Assembly: GCA_035496795.1 (NCBI GenBank) | Contig: DATJEJ010000022.1 | Location: forward strand, 1-32,449 | DNA: 32,449 nt | From: Candidatus Omnitrophota bacterium | GTDB taxonomy: Bacteria > Eisenbacteria > RBG-16-71-46 > SZUA-252 | Direction: 5' to 3' | Part shown: in pieces, positions 7,087 to 14,704 of the stretch | Position numbering within the stretch: the first letter of the stretch is position 1 | Layout of the letters: the number at the start of each line of letters is the position of its first letter | Translations under genes and position numbers: made by a program | Notes under the pieces: model-generated | The model's input: the letters and a program-made list of their open reading frames with translations, nothing else | The model's database searches: none | What the model was told of the DNA's origin: nothing

Positions 7087-8831
7087 TGCCCGTTGGATTC
7101 GCTGAGGATCCGCGCGCGGCGGATCCCGTGGAAATTCATCCGATTGTGGAGGTGCTGACGGCTCACGCCCAGGGCGCGCGCCGCGCGCGAGACGTTCGAC
7201 TCGCACTGGCGGAGCGCTTCGCGGATCGTCTCGGCCTCGACGGCGTCCAGCGTCTCCCGCAGCGTGTGCTGGCCGTCCCAGCGCCGGGACACCGTCGCGC
7301 CCAACCCGAACAGGGAGGGCTCGAGCGGGGCTCCTTCGTCGGCCAGCGCGACCGCGCGGGCCATCGCGTTCTCCAGCTCCCGGACGTTTCCGGGCCACGG
7401 GTAGCGCAGGAGCAGCTCCCGCGACTCCACGGTGAGACCGCGGGTCGTCTTCGATTGCTGCTTCGCGAAGAGGTCCAGGAAGTGCTGCGCGAGGAGAAGG
7501 ATGTCCTCGCCGCGCTCACGGAGCGGCGGCGATTCGATCGGCACCACGTTCAACCGGTAGAAGAGATCCTGGCGGAAGCGGCCGCCGTCCACCTCGGCGC
7601 GAAGATCGCGGTTCGTGGCCGTGATCAGGCGGATGTCCACGCGGCGGCTGACCGTGTCGCCCACGCGGCGGATCTGCGAATCTTGAAGCACGCGGAGGAG
7701 CTTGACCTGCAGCGAGGCGGGCATCTCGCCCACCTCGTCGAGGAACAGCGTCCCCTGGTCGGCCGCCTCGAACAATCCGACGCGGTCCTCGTTCGCACCC
7801 GTGAAGGCGCCCTTCTTGTAGCCGAACAGCTCGCTCTCGAGCAGGTTCTCCGGGAGCGCGCCGCAATTGACGGCGATGAAGTTCCGGTCCTTGCGCGGCC
7901 CGTGGAGATGGATCGCGCGCGCGACCAATTCCTTCCCCGTCCCCGTCTCGCCGGTGACCAGCACCGAAACCTGGGTCGGGATCACCTTCTCCATCAGGTC
8001 CACGACGCGCTGCATGCGCGGGCTCTTCCCGATCAGGAGTCCGTAGCGGACGTCCTCCTTGAGCGCGCGGCGGAGATTCAGGTTCTCGATCTCGAGGCGG
8101 CTCTTGGAGTCCTTCAGCGCCTCGTGCAGGCGCGCGTTCTCGAGCGCCACGGCGACGAGCGCGGCGAAGCCCTCGAGGAGGGTGATGTCGTCGGGAGTGA
8201 ACTCGTGGGCGATGGAGTGCGAGTCGATGTAGAGCACGCCGAGGACGCGTCCCGCATTGGAGATCGGAAACGCGACGACGGTGCGAAGCGAGAGCTCGCG
8301 CACGCTCTTTCGATCCTGGAAGAGCGAGGAGCCCATCGCGTCGGGAACCCAGACGGTCTCGCGGCGGTGCGCGGCCTCTTCGGCGATCCCCCAGGAGATC
8401 TGGAAGTCGTCGGAGGGCACGGTGGTCTCGTCCTTGCTGCGCGCGACCTCGAAGTGGAGCTTGCCGTCTTCCCTGCAGAGCATCAGGAAGCCGCGATCGG
8501 CGCCGGCGACCTGTACCACCGCGTCCACGATGCGCACGAGAAGCTCGTTCAGATCGAGCGTGCTCGTGACCGCGCGGCTCGCGTGCAGCAGATGCTGCAG
8601 CCGGTCGAGATCGGAGGTGACCCGGGGACGCGAAGGCGATCGCGGCTGGGTCAGGAGCTCCCGCTCCCACTGCGACAGCCCGCGGCTCAGGGCTTCGAGG
8701 GGATCGTTTTCGGGCAGATTCGCGGGATGGCTTCCGAAGGGTTTCGGAAGTGGGTCTCCCAAAGGCTTACCCAGGGGGTTCGACGAGGCGGCCGACTCGT
8801 TCTCGTGGAATGGATCGGTATGTTGGGACAT
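7083..8831 (-). CDS. Sigma54-dependent transcriptional activator (bEBP): Pro/Gly-rich N-terminus + GAF + AAA+ + Fis-type HTH. No receiver domain.
   Basis: Walker [15 protein letters not shown] loop, ESELFGY, Walker [10 protein letters not shown]-terminal [22 protein letters not shown]-like region [22 protein letters not shown]...VLYID. ATG 8831 preceded by AAGGA. Confidence 0.92.
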   Translation of the reverse strand: MSQHTDPFHENESAASSNPLGKPLGDPLPKPFGSHPANLPENDPLEALSRGLSQWERELLTQPRSPSRPRVTSDLDRLQHLLHASRAVTSTLDLNELLVRIVDAVVQVAGADRGFLMLCREDGKLHFEVARSKDETTVPSDDFQISWGIAEEAAHRRETVWVPDAMGSSLFQDRKSVRELSLRTVVAFPISNAGRVLGVLYIDSHSIAHEFTPDDITLLEGFAALVAVALENARLHEALKDSKSRLEIENLNLRRALKEDVRYGLLIGKSPRMQRVVDLMEKVIPTQVSVLVTGETGTGKELVARAIHLHGPRKDRNFIAVNCGALPENLLESELFGYKKGAFTGANEDRVGLFEAADQGTLFLDEVGEMPASLQVKLLRVLQDSQIRRVGDTVSRRVDIRLITATNRDLRAEVDGGRFRQDLFYRLNVVPIESPPLRERGEDILLLAQHFLDLFAKQQSKTTRGLTVESRELLLRYPWPGNVRELENAMARAVALADEGAPLEPSLFGLGATVSRRWDGQHTLRETLDAVEAETIREALRQCESNVSRAARALGVSRQHLHNRMNFHGIRRARILSESNGQ

Positions 8832-8892
8832 CGCGTCCTTGCCTCACAGTGCCGGCGCGCCCTGCGCGTCGGAAGGTCCCGGTCGACGATGT

Positions 8893-8921
8893 ACAATACA
8901 ACTGTAAAACTCGATTGTCAA
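8893..8921 (-). promoter_or_regulatory. Sigma70-type promoter candidate for the activator operon: TTGACA-N17-TATTGT
   Basis: On the minus strand, TTGACA is at 8921-8916 and TATTGT at 8898-8893, with an exact 17-nt spacer. It sits in the only AT-rich patch of this region. The -35 overlaps the stop codon of the upstream transferase gene (8918-8920). It lies about 60 nt upstream of ATG 8831. Confidence 0.5.
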
Positions 8922-9943
8922 GTGTCGGAAGTGGGGGTGAGACGCTTTCGTCTCAGCGAAGCCCCGAAAATGGCGTATCCAAGCGCCAAAATTAGGACTG
9001 CGCCCAGTGCCAGCGGAGCACTTTTCAGGCTCCAGACCCCGATTCCGAGGGCGGAAGTGACAGTCACGAGGAGGGAAATTAAGGCCACAGTCCCCCACCG
9101 TCCACAAATCCGACCAAGTCGGTGGGTCGTATGGTCGGTGCTTCCCTCGGCGATGGGACGGCCGGTGGCCAGGCGGTCGAAGACCACGAAGAGGACGTCG
9201 AAGAACGGATACGAAAGGATACAGAGAACCCCCGCCGCATGGGGCACCGTGAGGGCGTCGTCCAGGGCCTGCAGCGCCAGCGTGGCCAGGACGAAGCCGA
9301 GCAGATGGCTCCCCGCATCGCCCAGGAAGATGCGCGCGGGAGGGGCGTTGTAGACGAAGAATCCGGCGCAGGCTCCCGCCAGCGCCCATCCGAGCGCGCG
9401 GTCCATTCCCGCCCCGAAGAGGAGCGAAAGGGCGAGGAATCCGGCCGCCGAGATCGGCACCACCGCGGCCACGATGCCGTCCATGGCGTCGAGGAAGTTC
9501 ACCGCGTTCAACAGGCCGACGACGCCGACGAGAGCGATCGCCGCGAGGAGCGGCTGCTGCGCGAGAAATCCGCCGCCGCGCGCGCCCCAGAGGATCAGCG
9601 TCACCGCGGCCGCGATCTGCCCCGCCAGCTTCCCCATCGGCCGCATCGGCCGGCGATCATCCACCAACCCGAGCGCGAGCGAGAGCGCGGCCCCGAAGAG
9701 CACGCCGGCGCGCGGCCATTCGATGTCGGCATGGAAGAGGACGTTTCCGAAGAGCATCCCCAGCGCGACCGCGAGGGCCACGGCCACGCCGCCGAGGAGC
9801 GGCGTCGGCTCGGGATGGTGTTTCCGCGGATCGGGATGGTCGAGATATCCGAGGGCGGGCGCGAGGCGGCGGAAGAGCGGCGTCACGGCGAGCGCCACGG
9901 CGAAGGCGAGCGGGGCGACGAGCGGTGTCAGGTGCGACGTCAA
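8918..9943 (-). CDS. Polyprenyl-phosphate HexNAc-1-phosphate transferase, WecA/MraY (glycosyltransferase 4) family
   Basis: 341-aa polytopic ORF with TTG start at 9943. Motifs DHPDPRKHHPEPTPLLGG, LVDDRRPM, NAVNFLDAMDG, FLGDAGSHLLGF. Confidence 0.85.
   Translation of the reverse strand: MTSHLTPLVAPLAFAVALAVTPLFRRLAPALGYLDHPDPRKHHPEPTPLLGGVAVALAVALGMLFGNVLFHADIEWPRAGVLFGAALSLALGLVDDRRPMRPMGKLAGQIAAAVTLILWGARGGGFLAQQPLLAAIALVGVVGLLNAVNFLDAMDGIVAAVVPISAAGFLALSLLFGAGMDRALGWALAGACAGFFVYNAPPARIFLGDAGSHLLGFVLATLALQALDDALTVPHAAGVLCILSYPFFDVLFVVFDRLATGRPIAEGSTDHTTHRLGRICGRWGTVALISLLVTVTSALGIGVWSLKSAPLALGAVLILALGYAIFGASLRRKRLTPTSDT
8938..8955. repeat. 7-bp perfect inverted repeat with 4-nt loop (TGAGACG CTTT CGTCTCA)
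   Basis: Read directly. It lies inside the last ~12 codons of the WecA-family gene, just upstream (on the minus strand) of the activator promoter. Confidence 0.4.
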
Positions 9944-9991
9944 ACCGCGCGCATCCTCAGGCGGAGGTCGTCGTCACGCGGGGCGCATCGC

Positions 9992-11221
9992 TCAGCGGGG
10001 GAGCGCCCGGATCGGTGTCGACGCCGTGCCCGAGCGGGTGCCGGCGTCGCGCGCCGATTCCATCGCGAGCACCGAGGCGTCCCAGGTGAACCGGGCGCGC
10101 GCCCAGGCGCGGCCGAGACTGCCCAGCGCGGCCGCCGCCTCGGGATCGCGAAGGAGCGTGATGGCGTGGGTCGCGATCGTGCCGGCGTCTTCGCCGACGC
10201 GCAGGATCCCCTCGGGCACGGGCTCGAGGCCGGCGCGAACGGCCGGCGTGGTCACGACCGGCGTGCCGCTCGCGAGCGCCTGGACCACCTTGTTCTGAAC
10301 CCCCGCGGCGAAGCGATGCGGCGCGACGAACAGCGTGGAGCGGGCGAGCTCGCCCTCGGGATCGTCCACGAACCCGAGCACCCGCACGCCCGGGACCCGC
10401 TCGGCCCACCCGCGCAGCGCCTCGGAGCCTTTCCCCGCGATGGCGAGCGTCGCCTCGGGCACTTCGGCACGCACCCGCGGGAAGACCTCGTGCACCAGGA
10501 ACCGCACGGCGTCGCGATTGTGGAACACGTCGTGAAATCCGAGGAAGAGAAGGCGGGCGCGCTCACGCACGGCGGGGGCGCGCAGCCGTTCGGGGTGCAT
10601 TCCGTTGGGAACGACCCGCACGCGAGCCTCGGGGGCGATCCGCGCCAGGTGCCGGGCCTCGGCCTGGCTGATCACCCAGCACTCGTGGAACCGGGGCGCC
10701 ACGGCGGCCTCGTAGTCGCGGATGCGCGGCCCCTCCAGCTGATAGAGCCACCGGTCGGCGCCGCTCCGGAACGGAAGCGAGCGCTCGATCCCCGCGGAAA
10801 TGACGTCGGTGAGGTCGAGGACCCAGCGGGCGCGCCCGCGGTCCAGGTGCGGCAGGGCGTAGGGCGCCATGCGGAAGAGATGCGTCACGACGACGTGGGG
10901 CCGCACGCGGCGCATCGTCTCGTCCACGCGCTCCCGCATGCGCGCGGAGCGGTAGTAGGCCGCCTGGAGCGGAAAGCGTCCGGGGATCGCCTGCGCCGCG
11001 CGCAGCCACGAGAGCGGACGCGGGAGCGGCACGGTGTCCACGCTCCGGAGCGTGCGCTGGAGCGGAGCGAGATCGTCCTCGCTCTGGCGCCGCGTGTCGA
11101 ACGAGAGGAGGTGGACCGCATGCCCGGCTTCCGCCGCCGCGCGCATCATGTGATAGACGCGAAACCGGTCGCCTCCGACCGGCGGGTAGGGCATGCGCGA
11201 CGTGAGGACGAGGACGCGCAT
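9992..11221 (-). CDS. Glycosyltransferase, GT-B fold (CAZy GT4-like)
   Basis: Start trimmed to ATG 11221 (MRVLVLTSRMPYPPVGGDRFRVYH, a typical GT4 N-terminus). The C-terminal half has the GT1/GT4 pattern (LLFLGF...VRFL, FVAPHRFAAGVQNKVVQALASGTPVVTT). Confidence 0.8.
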   Translation of the reverse strand: MRVLVLTSRMPYPPVGGDRFRVYHMMRAAAEAGHAVHLLSFDTRRQSEDDLAPLQRTLRSVDTVPLPRPLSWLRAAQAIPGRFPLQAAYYRSARMRERVDETMRRVRPHVVVTHLFRMAPYALPHLDRGRARWVLDLTDVISAGIERSLPFRSGADRWLYQLEGPRIRDYEAAVAPRFHECWVISQAEARHLARIAPEARVRVVPNGMHPERLRAPAVRERARLLFLGFHDVFHNRDAVRFLVHEVFPRVRAEVPEATLAIAGKGSEALRGWAERVPGVRVLGFVDDPEGELARSTLFVAPHRFAAGVQNKVVQALASGTPVVTTPAVRAGLEPVPEGILRVGEDAGTIATHAITLLRDPEAAAALGSLGRAWARARFTWDASVLAMESARDAGTRSGTASTPIRALPR

Positions 11222-11230
11222 AGAGGCCGC

Positions 11231-11277
11231 AGTATACCACGCGTGAAATTGACACCGGCAGCGCCGTCCCCGAGACT
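11231..11277. promoter_or_regulatory. Divergent promoter candidates in the 64-nt gap between the GT4 gene and wzx
   Basis: Minus strand: TATACT (11236-11231) lies 9 nt before ATG 11221. Plus strand: TTGACA (11249-11254)-N17-GAGACT (11272-11277) lies 8 nt before ATG 11286. Neither start codon has a Shine-Dalgarno sequence. Confidence 0.3.
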
Positions 11278-11285
11278 CCGCCCCC

Positions 11286-12668
11286 ATGTCCGGTACCGAG
11301 CGGCTCGCCACGTGGAGCAGGCGCCTCCAGCGCTTCGCGTGGGGCGCGGGACCTGCGTTGATCTACGCACCGCTCGGTATTCTCCGCAACAAGTGGCTCG
11401 CCTCGACCCTGTCCGCGCCCGGGCTGGGCGTGCTGGCCCAGGTCCTGTCTGCGATGAACTGGCTGGGACAGGCCGCCGGGCTCGGGCTGGGCCTGCCGGT
11501 CACGCGCCTGGTCGGCGCGGCGCGGGCGGCAGGCGACAGCGCGCGCGAGCGCGCGGTCATGCGCACCGCGCTCCGGCTCGCGCTGGGAACCTCGGGCCTC
11601 GTCGCGGTGCTGGTCCTGTTCGGCGCTCCCTTCCTCGCGCGCGCCCTGCTGGGATCCGCGACCTACGCGCCGCTCTTTCGCATCGCCTCGATCGGGATCG
11701 TCGGGCTCGCCGCCGCGGGAACGCTCCTCGCGCTGGCCGCGGGCCGAGGCGACATCCGACCGCCGATCACGATCGCCGCTCTCGGGGCCCTCCCCGCGAC
11801 GGCGCTGACCTTTCTCCTCGTGCCCCGATGGGGGCTGGCGGGGGCGATGATCGCGGCCGCCGTGCTCTACCCCGCCGGATGCCTGGCCGCGCTCGCCGTC
11901 CACCGCCGCGGATACCGGACCGCGTTCGTGGGCGGCACCGCCGGGAATCCGGGCGAGCCCGCGTGGGCGATGGCCCGGGTCGGCGCCGCGGGCCTGGCGC
12001 TCGGGCTGCTCGATCAGGGCGTGCTCCTCGTGCTCCGGGCGCACTACGTGCGGACCTACGGGGCCGCCGCGAACGGATTCCTCCAGGCCGCCCTGGCGCT
12101 GAGCCAGCTGACCGGGTCGCTCTTCTACACCTACCTCGCGAGCTACGCCTTCGGCACGCTGAGCGCGGCGGTCGCGGCGGCCGGACCCGGCCGCGGGGCG
12201 GCCGCGGCGGGCGCCTACACGCGGCGCCAGGGTCCCGCGATCTTCGCCCTCGCGGCGCTGCTCTTCGGGATCGGCATGATGATCTCGACGCCCCTGCTCC
12301 GGATCCTCTTCTCGCACCGGTTCGATCCCGCGCGTCCGCTCATGGCCTGGGCGCTGCTCGGCGAGTACGGACGCGTCGGCATGCAGGTTCTCCTCCTCGG
12401 CGCGCTGCCGGTCGGCGGGCTGCGCCTCTACGCGCCGATCGCGATCGCCTTCCCGGTCGCGCTCGCCGTGAGCTACGCCGCGTTCACCGCGACGGGCTCC
12501 GGCACGTTGAGCCTGCCCCGCGCCTACGCCGCGGCCGGCGTGATCGCCGCGATCGCCGCCGCCCTGATCATGAGCCGCCGCGGCGTGACCCTCGGGGCCC
12601 GGGAAGTCGGAGTCCTCGCCGGCGGGGCGCTCCTCCTGGCCGCGATCGCGAGCCAGGTGCTCCGGTAG
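11286..12668 (+). CDS. wzx: Wzx-like oligosaccharide flippase / polysaccharide biosynthesis protein (MOP superfamily)
   Basis: 460-aa protein with about 12-14 hydrophobic helices. N-terminus LRNKWLASTLSAPGLGVLAQVLSAMNWLGQAAGLGL resembles the PST-family N-terminus and parallels the second flippase at 30622-32130. Confidence 0.7.
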   Translation: MSGTERLATWSRRLQRFAWGAGPALIYAPLGILRNKWLASTLSAPGLGVLAQVLSAMNWLGQAAGLGLGLPVTRLVGAARAAGDSARERAVMRTALRLALGTSGLVAVLVLFGAPFLARALLGSATYAPLFRIASIGIVGLAAAGTLLALAAGRGDIRPPITIAALGALPATALTFLLVPRWGLAGAMIAAAVLYPAGCLAALAVHRRGYRTAFVGGTAGNPGEPAWAMARVGAAGLALGLLDQGVLLVLRAHYVRTYGAAANGFLQAALALSQLTGSLFYTYLASYAFGTLSAAVAAAGPGRGAAAAGAYTRRQGPAIFALAALLFGIGMMISTPLLRILFSHRFDPARPLMAWALLGEYGRVGMQVLLLGALPVGGLRLYAPIAIAFPVALAVSYAAFTATGSGTLSLPRAYAAAGVIAAIAAALIMSRRGVTLGAREVGVLAGGALLLAAIASQVLR

Positions 12669-12672
12669 CGGG

Positions 12673-12678
12673 TATACT
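12673..12678 (+). promoter_or_regulatory. Isolated TATACT -10-like box between the wzx stop and the next start codon
   Basis: TATACT at 12673-12678, 4 nt after the wzx TAG (12666-12668) and 8 nt before TTG 12687. No convincing -35 was seen. Confidence 0.2.
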
Positions 12679-12686
12679 CGGCCGGC

Positions 12687-13901
12687 TTGGACGCTCCCGG
12701 CTCGAGATCACGGCTTTTGACGCCGCTTCGGCCCGCGCTCGAGCGCGCGGCCGCTCTCGCCCGTCGCGCGCGAGCGCGCCTCTTCGGCTCGGGTCTCGCG
12801 CGCGACGTGAACGCCGCGTGGCGGCCCGCGGACGGCCACCGGCCGGCGCGCCGAGCGCTTCTCCTGCACGTGGTCGAGCTCTTCCGCACGAAGCCCGGGC
12901 GCCATGCGCATCAGAACGTGGGCCAGGTGCACGAGCTGGCGCGCGCGCTCGCCGAGCGCGGCTACGCCCTGGACGTGGCGGACTGGTTCGAGCGAAGGCC
13001 GGTGCTGCGCGGCGCCTACGATCTGGTGATCGACCTCCATCCGCGGGAGCCGGCCCTGTACGACGCGCACGTTGCCCCAGACGCGAAACGGCTCTCCTAC
13101 ATCGGCGGCTGCAACCCCTCGTGGAGCAATGCCGCCGAGCGCCAGCGCCTCCTGGACCTGCGGGCGCGACGCGGCGTCTCGCTCAAGCCGCGGCGGCAGG
13201 TGCCTCCCTTTCCGCCCGGCCGGTTCGAGTCGTTCGACGCCATGCTCACGTTCGCGGGGACCGTGGCGATCCGGACCTTCGACGAGTTCCGCCTTCCGCC
13301 GGTGCACCGGCTGGTGAACAACGGCTACGAAGACCTCGTCCCGACGCCCCCCGACCGCCGTGATCCGCGCTGCTTCCTCTTCCTCGCGAGCCTGGGGCAG
13401 GTCCACAAGGGCCTCGACCTGCTCCTCGAGGTGTTCGCCGCCCGGCCCGAGCTCACCCTGATCGTGCTCTCCCGCTTCCGCCAGGAGCCCGACTTCGTCG
13501 AGGCCTACCGGCGCGAGCTGTTCGAGACACCCAACATCCGCGCGATCGGCTTCCTGGACGTGGACGCGCCCGCGTTCCGGGATGCGCAGGAGCGCGCCGG
13601 CTGGCTCATCCTCCCCTCGTGCGCCGAGGCGCAATGCGGTGCCATCACGGTGGCGCTCTCGCTCGGGATCCCCTGCGTCGGAAGCGCGGCGTGCGACATC
13701 GACGATCCCGAAGTGATCCGGCTGCCCGGCACCGATCTCCCCACGCTGGGTGCCGTGGTGGACGACCTGGCCCGTCGTAGCACCTCCGAAGTCCGCGCGC
13801 GCTCCGAGGCCTCGCTCGCGCTGGCGCGGCGCGTCTACACGCGCGCCGACTACGCTCGCTCGATCCGCGCGGCGCTGGACGCCGTGCTCGAGGGCGCATG
13901 A
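12687..13901 (+). CDS. Putative GT-B fold glycosyltransferase (degenerate GT1/GT4-like C-terminal domain)
   Basis: C-terminal pattern FLFLASLGQVHKGLDLLLEVF...LIVLS...ILPSCAEAQCGAITVALSLGIPCVGS. Start uncertain: TTG 12687 is the furthest upstream, and an in-frame GTG at 12807 is the alternative. Confidence 0.55.
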   Translation: MDAPGSRSRLLTPLRPALERAAALARRARARLFGSGLARDVNAAWRPADGHRPARRALLLHVVELFRTKPGRHAHQNVGQVHELARALAERGYALDVADWFERRPVLRGAYDLVIDLHPREPALYDAHVAPDAKRLSYIGGCNPSWSNAAERQRLLDLRARRGVSLKPRRQVPPFPPGRFESFDAMLTFAGTVAIRTFDEFRLPPVHRLVNNGYEDLVPTPPDRRDPRCFLFLASLGQVHKGLDLLLEVFAARPELTLIVLSRFRQEPDFVEAYRRELFETPNIRAIGFLDVDAPAFRDAQERAGWLILPSCAEAQCGAITVALSLGIPCVGSAACDIDDPEVIRLPGTDLPTLGAVVDDLARRSTSEVRARSEASLALARRVYTRADYARSIRAALDAVLEGA

Positions 13902-14704
13902 GCGCCGCAACCATCGCGTGCCGGCTCTGCGGCGGGCCGGCCGCGTCCCTGTTCTCGAAGACCGTTCTCGGACGGCACGACGTTGGATATTTCCAGTGTC
14001 CGCGCTGCGGGCTCACGCAGACCGAGGAGCCGACCTGGCTGAAAAAGGCGTACGCCTCGCCCATCGCGGCCGCCGACACCGGCGTGCTCCAGCGGAACCT
14101 GGCGGCACGCCGGATCGTCGCGACCTTCCTCCACCTGGCGGGCGTCCGCGGCGATCCCTGCCTGGACTACGCCGGCGGATACGGCCTCTTCACGCGCCTC
14201 ATGCGCGACGCGGGGTTTTCGTTCACCTGGTGCGACCCCTACGCCGCGAACCTCTTCGCGCGCGGGTTCGAATGGAGCCCCGCGATCGGGACGCCGCGGG
14301 TCGTGACCGCGTTCGAGGTGCTGGAGCACTGGGCGCGCCCGCTCGAGGAATTTCGCCGGATCGCGGCACTCGGCCCCGAGTGGATCGTGACGAGCACGGA
14401 GCTCCATCCCGGCGTGACCCCCGATCCGGCGTGGCCCTACCTGGTCCCCGAGACGGGCCAGCACGTCGCGTTCTACCGGCCCGACACGCTGCGGCTCCTG
14501 GGGCGCGAGGCCGGTTACCCGCACGCGCGGATCGGGCCCGCGTACCAGGTCTTTGGGAGGCGGCCCATTCCGGCGGCGGCGTGGTGGCTCGCGCTGCGCC
14601 TGGGGGGAGCGCTGGAGCCGGCGGTGCGCCGGCTCCGCCCGGCACTCACGCTGGCCGACAGCGAGCGAGTCCGCGCCGCGGCGCGCGGCGAAGAACCGCG
14701 CTGA
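13898..14704 (+). CDS. Class I SAM-dependent methyltransferase with N-terminal Cys4 zinc-ribbon
   Basis: CRLCGG-x20-CPRCG, motif I CLDYAGGYGLF, and AFEVLEHW. The ATG at 13898 overlaps the upstream TGA (ATGA). Confidence 0.75.
   Translation: MSAATIACRLCGGPAASLFSKTVLGRHDVGYFQCPRCGLTQTEEPTWLKKAYASPIAAADTGVLQRNLAARRIVATFLHLAGVRGDPCLDYAGGYGLFTRLMRDAGFSFTWCDPYAANLFARGFEWSPAIGTPRVVTAFEVLEHWARPLEEFRRIAALGPEWIVTSTELHPGVTPDPAWPYLVPETGQHVAFYRPDTLRLLGREAGYPHARIGPAYQVFGRRPIPAAAWWLALRLGGALEPAVRRLRPALTLADSERVRAAARGEEPR

Noticed and set aside
6028-7398. Full-length versions of track ORFs 6028-7398, 13750-15801, 18096-20291, 24926-26902 and 28183-30066
   Set aside because: In each case the N-terminal extension is Arg-rich junk overlapping the upstream gene. 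The recognisable domain begins right at an ATG/GTG that abuts or overlaps the upstream stop codon. The starts were trimmed accordingly.
8840-8854. CGGCAC-TGTGA-GGCA on the minus strand just upstream of the activator ATG, resembling a sigma54 -24/-12 element
   Set aside because: The GG-to-GC spacing is one nucleotide short (N9 instead of N10) and the TTGC box is absent. The predicted start site would fall inside the coding region.
8961-8995. AAAATGGCG...CGCCAAAAT quasi-symmetric AT-rich element near the end of the WecA-family gene
   Set aside because: Only the 5-bp core TGGCG/CGCCA is a true inverted repeat. The A-runs are mirror repeats, not complementary ones. It lies in coding sequence (codons for GYAIFGA).
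7128-9353. 741-aa plus-strand ORF opposite the sigma54 activator. Other long shadow ORFs of the same type are 4619-6073, 10563-12317, 14515-16260, 14553-16700, 20205-21860, 22425-25022, 28372-29883 and 30461-32209.
   Set aside because: All are low-complexity Arg/Pro/Gly-rich translations. Each overlaps a gene with clear catalytic or membrane motifs on the other strand or in another frame.
9122-13363. 1413-aa ORF on the plus strand, the longest in the track
   Set aside because: The translation is Arg/Gly/Pro/Ala-rich with no motifs. It runs antisense or out of frame to four well-supported genes (WecA-family, GT4, wzx, GT-B). This is the typical shadow ORF of high-GC DNA, where stop codons are rare.
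13631-13644. TGGCAC-CGCA-TTGC on the minus strand
   Set aside because: The spacer is 4 nt rather than 5. The site is inside the 12687-13901 CDS and points into antisense coding sequence with no gene to drive.
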